From assembly GCA_012523975.1 (NCBI GenBank), contig JAAYSF010000017.1, positions 7,302 to 71,301 of the forward strand: a stretch of 64,000 bases of DNA, in the 5' to 3' direction. The position numbers and the translations under genes were made by a program. The number at the start of each line of letters is the position of its first letter. Positions within the stretch are counted from its first letter, which is position 1. The notes beneath the pieces were generated by a model. The model was not told the DNA's origin and ran no database searches. It saw only the letters and a program-made list of their open reading frames with translations. This DNA is from Veillonellaceae bacterium (GTDB lineage Bacteria; Bacillota; Negativicutes; JAAYSF01). Shown in pieces: positions 58,744-64,000 of the stretch.

Positions 58744-59530
58744 CCTTTTCACCTTCCCTATTTTTACCCGAATTATTATTTTTTTGTTTATTAGTATCGT
58801 CTTCTTGTTTCTTCTTGTTCCGGTATTGTGAGAGCTCCTCACTAAATTCATATAATCCCTCCGGCCGATTTTGCCCTAATACCGGTCCACCTTGCATTTT
58901 TTCGCGGGTCTCCCCGACTAGTTCGGCAACCATAACTGCTACTATTCCGGCGATGATTACGACATCAAAAGCACCTGCCCCACCCATAGCGGTAGTTCCG
59001 GGAATACCTAAACCAACAAGGGTCAACATATGAACAATATCGCTCAAAATAATCCCTAAAACTCCGCCAACAAAAGCACTACGCCGTGAACGTCCAGCTA
59101 AATAAGCAATTAGGCCTGCCGATACTCCATAAATGATTTTGGGATCAAGAAACATATTTTCTGGCTCGTATGGCAGATACCTTGAGCCCAAAGAAACTGC
59201 AGCAGCTACTAAGAATGCAGCGACTATCGCCCGTACCCGTTCGGCAGTTTCATCAGCTTTAAATATTAACCAAATGGCTAACAAAGCCGGCAGAACAGCT
59301 CCACCAACATTTATGGTGACTTCAGTCGGTGAGCTCATCAACGGGATGTCGATAAAACTACCGACAACTACAGCGGCAATAAACATTAAAGCTTGTTTAT
59401 CAGTCAGCCGCATTCTATCTAGGATCCTGTGGGCAATACCAAAATAAACCAAAACTCCGATGACCAAAAGAGTGATCATACCAATCGGCATATTCATCTG
59501 TTTCACCTCTTGCCAATTTTCTAGTTGCAT
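58736..59530 (-). CDS. Polytopic membrane protein (DUF1614-like?) with a Lys/Asn-rich C-terminal tail
   Basis: Several predicted TM helices. The family assignment is from memory and uncertain. Confidence 0.45.
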   Translation of the reverse strand: MQLENWQEVKQMNMPIGMITLLVIGVLVYFGIAHRILDRMRLTDKQALMFIAAVVVGSFIDIPLMSSPTEVTINVGGAVLPALLAIWLIFKADETAERVRAIVAAFLVAAAVSLGSRYLPYEPENMFLDPKIIYGVSAGLIAYLAGRSRRSAFVGGVLGIILSDIVHMLTLVGLGIPGTTAMGGAGAFDVVIIAGIVAVMVAELVGETREKMQGGPVLGQNRPEGLYEFSEELSQYRNKKKQEDDTNKQKNNNSGKNREGEKGE

Positions 59531-59560
59531 GGTTTATTTTGCCCTTTATTGTCTGATTCA

Positions 59561-59591
59561 TGCAAAAAAGCATGGCAGTCAGCCATGCTTT
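59561..59591 (-). terminator. Rho-independent terminator after fni (AAAGCATGGC-tgact-GCCATGCTTT plus TTT), overlapping the last codons of fni
   Basis: Read from the sequence. Confidence 0.6.
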
Positions 59592-60646
59592 TGACGGTTT
59601 GCAAATTGTGTAATGTCAATATTCCTTGCTGTTAACCAATCTTTACTTTTGCCTGTTATAATAATTGGAACCGAATGCAAATCTTGTATAGTTTTTGCAC
59701 CAAGCAGCGTCATATACAGCTTAACCTTGACGAGAAATTCCTTAAATGCAGCTACCGCGCCCGGCATATCATTTTTTAACACTAAACGCAAAATTGGATT
59801 GGCTATGCCAACTGCGCTTCCGCCCAATGCTATGGCTTTGACAACTTCGAGTGGAGTACGCAAACCGCCCGATACTATTACTTCGCGATTTGAAGGTAAA
59901 ACGCTTAAAGTCTCTACTGTACTAATTGCGGTAGGAATACCCCATGATAGAGTTTCCTTATCTAAATCAGACTTATTCCTAGCTGCTTCAATAGCTAAGA
60001 AATTAGTTCCGCCAACTCCTCCGACATCGATAGCCTTTACCCCAGCTTGAAATAATTTAATCGCTTGCTCTTTGGCAATTCCGCAACCAACTTCTTTGAC
60101 AATTACAGGTACGTTTACCGCCGCTGCTATTAGACTAATATTTTCAAGATAGCCTGAAAAGTCGTGATCGCCTTCACCCATAATTAATTCCTGAGCCGTA
60201 TTTAAATGAATTTGTATAGCCTTAGCCTTTATCATCTTAACCGCTAACTCCGCCTGCTTAGCAGTAGCATGCGCGCCTATATTTGCAAATACAATGCCAT
60301 CAGGATTGACGGTATTGACAATATTAAAAGACTCTTCCACTTCTGGACTTTCAATGGCGGCAAACTGTGAGCCAACCGCCATAACTGAGTTAGTTTGCCG
60401 TGCAAACTCAGCCAATTTGGCATTAACCTCAGTTACATCTTTATCCCCACCCGTTACCGCATTGATAATTACAGGATGGTTCAATTCCAATCCACACAGA
60501 GTACAAGATAATGTTACATCACTTGAAGCTATGTCTGGCAAGCAATTATGAATTAGTGAAAAATCGTTAAAACCATTAGCGACAGGTCCATCTTTAAGAG
60601 CCATTGCATATTTTAAGTGATCCAGTTTGCGTGATTGACGGATCAT
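59579..60646 (-). CDS. fni: Type 2 (FMN-dependent) isopentenyl-diphosphate delta-isomerase
   Basis: 355 aa TIM-barrel IDI-2 family. Confidence 0.9.
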   Translation of the reverse strand: MIRQSRKLDHLKYAMALKDGPVANGFNDFSLIHNCLPDIASSDVTLSCTLCGLELNHPVIINAVTGGDKDVTEVNAKLAEFARQTNSVMAVGSQFAAIESPEVEESFNIVNTVNPDGIVFANIGAHATAKQAELAVKMIKAKAIQIHLNTAQELIMGEGDHDFSGYLENISLIAAAVNVPVIVKEVGCGIAKEQAIKLFQAGVKAIDVGGVGGTNFLAIEAARNKSDLDKETLSWGIPTAISTVETLSVLPSNREVIVSGGLRTPLEVVKAIALGGSAVGIANPILRLVLKNDMPGAVAAFKEFLVKVKLYMTLLGAKTIQDLHSVPIIITGKSKDWLTARNIDITQFANRQKHG

Positions 60647-60654
60647 GGCATTCC

Positions 60655-62625
60655 TTAATCCTCTCGTTTAAATAAATGACCAAACTTTTCGCCCAAGGTT
60701 ACCCCAATTTGTTTGTCTTGAGTATTAAGGTAATCTTGATACTCAGCCCGCTCAGCATCTTCCTGCGCTTTTATAATGCTTAATGCTATGCGTTTACTAG
60801 CTTTATCGACTCCAATTACTTTAGCTTTAACTGCTTGACCAACCTCAAGAACATCTGCAGCGTTAGCCACTCTGCGCTCGCTTATCTCACTAATATGTAC
60901 CAAACCTTCAACACCGTCTTTTATTTTAATAAAAGCACCGAATTTAGCCAGTTTGCTGACTGTTCCATTGACAAGCATACCCTCGGCAATATTTTCAGTT
61001 GCATCAAACCATGGGTCGCGAAGCGTTTGCTTTAAACCCAAGGATAGTTTTCTTGCTTGCACATCGACCTTTAAAACAATAACTTTAACTTGGTCACCAA
61101 CGTTAACAACCTCTGCCGGAGTTTTCACTCTCTGCCAGGATAAATCGGAGATATGGACAAGCCCCTCGACTCCTCCGATATCAACAAATGCTCCAAAATC
61201 AGCAAGACGGGTCACGGTCCCCTGCAATTCCTGATTAACAGCAACCTTGGCGAAAATTTCGTTTTCGACTTTACGACGTTCCTTTTCCAAGACTGCTCTG
61301 CGCGATAATACTATCTTATTTTTCTCTTGGTTTAACTCAATTAGTAAAACTTCCAGTGTTTGACCAACATGCTGAGACAAATCCTGAACGAAGCGTAAAC
61401 CAACCTGTGAGGCAGGAATGAAACCTCGCAGCCCAAAAACAGCTGCTACCAAACCGCCTTTTACAACCTCGGTTACCTTCACTGCAAGTGGTTGTCCATC
61501 ATCTAAAGCGGATTGTAGTTTCTCCCAAGCTACAATTTTATCGGCTCGCACCTTGGAAAGTTTAACATTACCCTCCTCATTCTCAGCCTCTATTACATAT
61601 ACATCGATAATGTCGCCGTCCTTTACAACTTCTGCAGCATTTTCAGGTGTCGGATAGGCCAATTCGGCTTTGGAAATTATCCCTTCCGCCTTATAGCCTA
61701 TATCAACAAATACTTCGTCAGGCCGGACGCTTACGACCTTACCCTTTAGAATTGTGCCGGACTCTAGCTGACTGATTTCCTGTCCATTTTCTTGACCTAG
61801 TTGTTCCATTGTTTGTACGACCTCCTTGATAATCCAGTCCGGAGTAGATGCTCCGGCAGTAACACCAGCCGTCTTAACATCCTCAAACCATTCTTTTTTA
61901 AGCTCTTGAGCAGTTTCAATATGAAAAACTTTTCTGCAAACCTCATGACAAAGTTCAGCTAACCGTGAGGTATTGGCACTATTTTTTCCACCGATTATTA
62001 TCATAATATCGACAGTACGGGCCAGTTCAACAGCTGCTCCTTGCCTAGCTTCGGTAGCGTTGCAAATAGTTCTTTCAATCCTAAATTCATCGCACTTAGC
62101 CTTTAAGATTGCTACAATCGCATCAAAGTCTCTTCCAGCAAAGGTTGTCTGCACAACAACACCTATGCGGGCTGTAAATGGCAGGTTCTGCGCTTCTTCG
62201 GTTGTTTCGATGACTGTTGCTGTATTTTTAGACCACTCAACAATACTCTTGACCTCAGGATGATGTCGTTCACCAACTACGACAACCTTGTACCCTTCGA
62301 CCAAAAGCTCGGCTGCGGCCTGTTGGGCTTTTTTCACATGCGGACAAGTTGCATCAACAATTTCTAACCCACTAGCTTTGGCCTCATCGTAAATGCGTGG
62401 GCCAACCCCATGAGAACGTATTATTACTTTACCATCTTTTATCTGTGACAAGTCCTCAGCCACTGCAATGCCTTGGTCGGCTAAGCGGCCGACTACTTGG
62501 GGATTGTGAATGATTGGTCCGAGCGTATGAACATTTTCTGTACTATTGGCAGTCGCCTCCGCCAGTTCAACTGCGCGCTTTACACCGTAGCAAAAGCCTC
62601 GATGTTTGGCCAAATAGACTTTCAT
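60655..62625 (-). CDS. ispH: Bifunctional 4-hydroxy-3-methylbut-2-enyl diphosphate reductase (IspH) / ribosomal protein S1 fusion
   Basis: The N-terminal ~280 aa is IspH (MKVYLAKHRGFCYGVKRAV...). The C-terminal ~370 aa has four S1 domains. The start is set at MKVYLAK (62625). Confidence 0.9.
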   Translation of the reverse strand: MKVYLAKHRGFCYGVKRAVELAEATANSTENVHTLGPIIHNPQVVGRLADQGIAVAEDLSQIKDGKVIIRSHGVGPRIYDEAKASGLEIVDATCPHVKKAQQAAAELLVEGYKVVVVGERHHPEVKSIVEWSKNTATVIETTEEAQNLPFTARIGVVVQTTFAGRDFDAIVAILKAKCDEFRIERTICNATEARQGAAVELARTVDIMIIIGGKNSANTSRLAELCHEVCRKVFHIETAQELKKEWFEDVKTAGVTAGASTPDWIIKEVVQTMEQLGQENGQEISQLESGTILKGKVVSVRPDEVFVDIGYKAEGIISKAELAYPTPENAAEVVKDGDIIDVYVIEAENEEGNVKLSKVRADKIVAWEKLQSALDDGQPLAVKVTEVVKGGLVAAVFGLRGFIPASQVGLRFVQDLSQHVGQTLEVLLIELNQEKNKIVLSRRAVLEKERRKVENEIFAKVAVNQELQGTVTRLADFGAFVDIGGVEGLVHISDLSWQRVKTPAEVVNVGDQVKVIVLKVDVQARKLSLGLKQTLRDPWFDATENIAEGMLVNGTVSKLAKFGAFIKIKDGVEGLVHISEISERRVANAADVLEVGQAVKAKVIGVDKASKRIALSIIKAQEDAERAEYQDYLNTQDKQIGVTLGEKFGHLFKRED

Positions 62626-62788
62626 TGGCAACCTCCTATTTAAATATTGATTATAGTATTCGCACCTCAAAAATATAATTCCTTTATTTACATATATTTT
62701 TACTAAAGAATTAGTACCTTAATGCCTAGTATTCCTCAAGTACGCTGCGCTATCTTAAAATATTATTATTGCTATATTCATAAAAAAA

Positions 62789-62816
62789 ATAAGAGCGCCT
62801 CAATGGACCCTCTTAT
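62789..62816. terminator. Possible weak terminator after cstA (7-bp A/T-rich stem, 14-nt loop, flanked by A8 and T5)
   Basis: Read from the sequence. Confidence 0.3.
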
Positions 62817-62830
62817 TTTTCGAGTCGTTT

Positions 62831-64000
62831 CTATTGCGTACTAGACGGTTGTTTTACCTCATATTGAGTAAAGTCTTGTATTTCGGTGTTCATGCCAATC
62901 GGTCCATCAGTTTTGAGAAGCTCCAACCATTTACGCGCTGAGTCAATCAGAGTAACAATAACCAAGATAATCAAGAATATACTGACTGTACCATTCAAAT
63001 TGCCAAGTGTATCCCCGCGTTTAAAATACATACCGACGTTCATGATACCGGCAGTAATAACGGTGATTGCTAAAAAGATTAGCGGTGCAAAAGTTACCCA
63101 AGCATAGGACTTCTTGGGAGCAATTTTAAGGATAATTGTAGTTCCAACGGCCAGTGCAACACAAGCAAGCAATTGGTTAGCTACACCAAAAAGCGGCCAT
63201 ATGGTTGCAACGTCACCACTATACAATAGATAGCCCCACATATAAGTAACTAAAGCGCTTGAAAACAGAATTCCAGGCCACCATCCTGTTTGTTTCAGCG
63301 GTGCATAAACGTAAGTCCCTAGAATATCTTGAAGAATATATCGAGCTACCCGCGTACCGGCATCAATGGTTGTCAAAATAAAGAGGGCCTCAAACATTAT
63401 GGCAAATTGATACCAGTAACTCATAAGATGTTTCATACCGCCAATACTAGAGAAAACATGCGCCATACCAACCGCTAGTGAAACTGCACCGCCTGGTCGA
63501 TGGGCTATATCCATGCCGACAAGAAGGGCAAGTTCATTAAGTTCTACAGTCGGTATATTAATTTTAGCAAAGGATGCTGCCGGAGTATTTATGGCAAAGT
63601 AATCGCCAGGCATTAAAACTACTGCTGAAATTAATGCCATTATACCAACAAAACCTTCTACTAACATACCGCCATATGCAATCATACGAGATTGAGTTTC
63701 TTTTTCAATCATCTTTGGAGTAGTGCCTGAACTAATTAATGAGTGGAACCCAGAAATTGCGCCACAAGCGATTGTAATAAATACATACGGCCACCAAGGT
63801 CCAGGAATAATTGGTCCGCCGCCATCAACAAATCTTGTAGTCATCGGCATATGAACTATAGGTTGAACAATTAGAATGCCTGCTGCAAGAGCCAGTATTG
63901 TACCAATCTTCATATAGGAGCTTAAATAATCCCGAGGTGCCAGCAGTAACCAAACCGGTAAAACTGCCGCAAAGAAACCGTAAAGCGGAAGAGCAATCGA
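62831..64000 (-). CDS. cstA: Carbon starvation protein A (CstA family peptide/pyruvate transporter), 5'-partial at the window edge
   Basis: CstA family polytopic membrane protein. The reading frame stays open upstream of the tracked Met (63913) through position 64000. Confidence 0.85.
   Translation of the reverse strand, partial: SIALPLYGFFAAVLPVWLLLAPRDYLSSYMKIGTILALAAGILIVQPIVHMPMTTRFVDGGGPIIPGPWWPYVFITIACGAISGFHSLISSGTTPKMIEKETQSRMIAYGGMLVEGFVGIMALISAVVLMPGDYFAINTPAASFAKINIPTVELNELALLVGMDIAHRPGGAVSLAVGMAHVFSSIGGMKHLMSYWYQFAIMFEALFILTTIDAGTRVARYILQDILGTYVYAPLKQTGWWPGILFSSALVTYMWGYLLYSGDVATIWPLFGVANQLLACVALAVGTTIILKIAPKKSYAWVTFAPLIFLAITVITAGIMNVGMYFKRGDTLGNLNGTVSIFLIILVIVTLIDSARKWLELLKTDGPIGMNTEIQDFTQYEVKQPSSTQ

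Noticed and set aside
62711-62727. Second TTAGTACC occurrence upstream of ispH-rpsA (possible FapR site)
   Set aside because: The right half-site is not palindromic (9 of 17 to consensus), and the downstream operon is unrelated to lipid synthesis.
1-64000. Search for CRISPR arrays, tandem repeats and mobile elements (IS, integrase, phage)
   Set aside because: I found no direct-repeat array with regular spacing and no transposase, recombinase or phage gene. The window is essentially core genome.

Overview
This 64 kb window looks like core chromosome from an anaerobic, endospore-forming Firmicute (Clostridia- or Negativicutes-like). I infer that from the gene content: spoVS, spoIVA, spoIIP, ylbJ, the FabK-type enoyl-ACP reductase, the FapR/PlsX/PlsY lipid system, an IspH-S1 fusion and type-2 IDI. 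Almost every gene is on the minus strand. Gene order is strongly syntenic with the Bacillus subtilis regions listed below.

Syntenic blocks, from low to high coordinate:
- comM/yraN; then rnhB–rbgA–lepB–rplS–trmD–rimM–ylqD–ylqC–rpsP–ffh–ylxM–ftsY–smc–rnc.
- A complete fatty-acid cluster: fabF–fabK2–acpP–fabG–fabD–fabK–fabH–plsX–fapR.
- rpmF–yceD, ackA, the ylbM/K/J block, coaD and rsmD.
- thrB–hom, spoIVA–gpsA–plsY–der, spoIIP, fni, ispH-rpsA and a partial cstA.

I found three tRNA genes (Gln-TTG, Pro-CGG, Pro-GGG), many Rho-independent terminators and several sigma-A-like promoters. I saw no CRISPR array, transposase, integrase or phage gene.

The less ordinary parts are:
- A FliK-C-like protein plus a stand-alone FlhB-CC-like protein, apparently co-transcribed with rnhB and an HD-GYP phosphodiesterase.
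- An apparent +1 frameshift in rpmF (L32).
- A second, Cys4-containing FabK/NMO paralog inside the fab operon.
- An orphan SPOUT-like gene between trmD and rplS.
- A small plus-strand island at 43.2–44.7 kb: an unknown 76-aa ORF, a signal-less L,D-transpeptidase and a lipoprotein, next to a zur-znuA pair that lacks znuBC.
- Two unannotated mini-ORFs with strong ribosome-binding sites near 47.5–47.9 kb.

All coordinates were derived by hand from the printed sequence; feature ends may be off by a few nucleotides. Start codons that I re-assigned are noted in the evidence fields.
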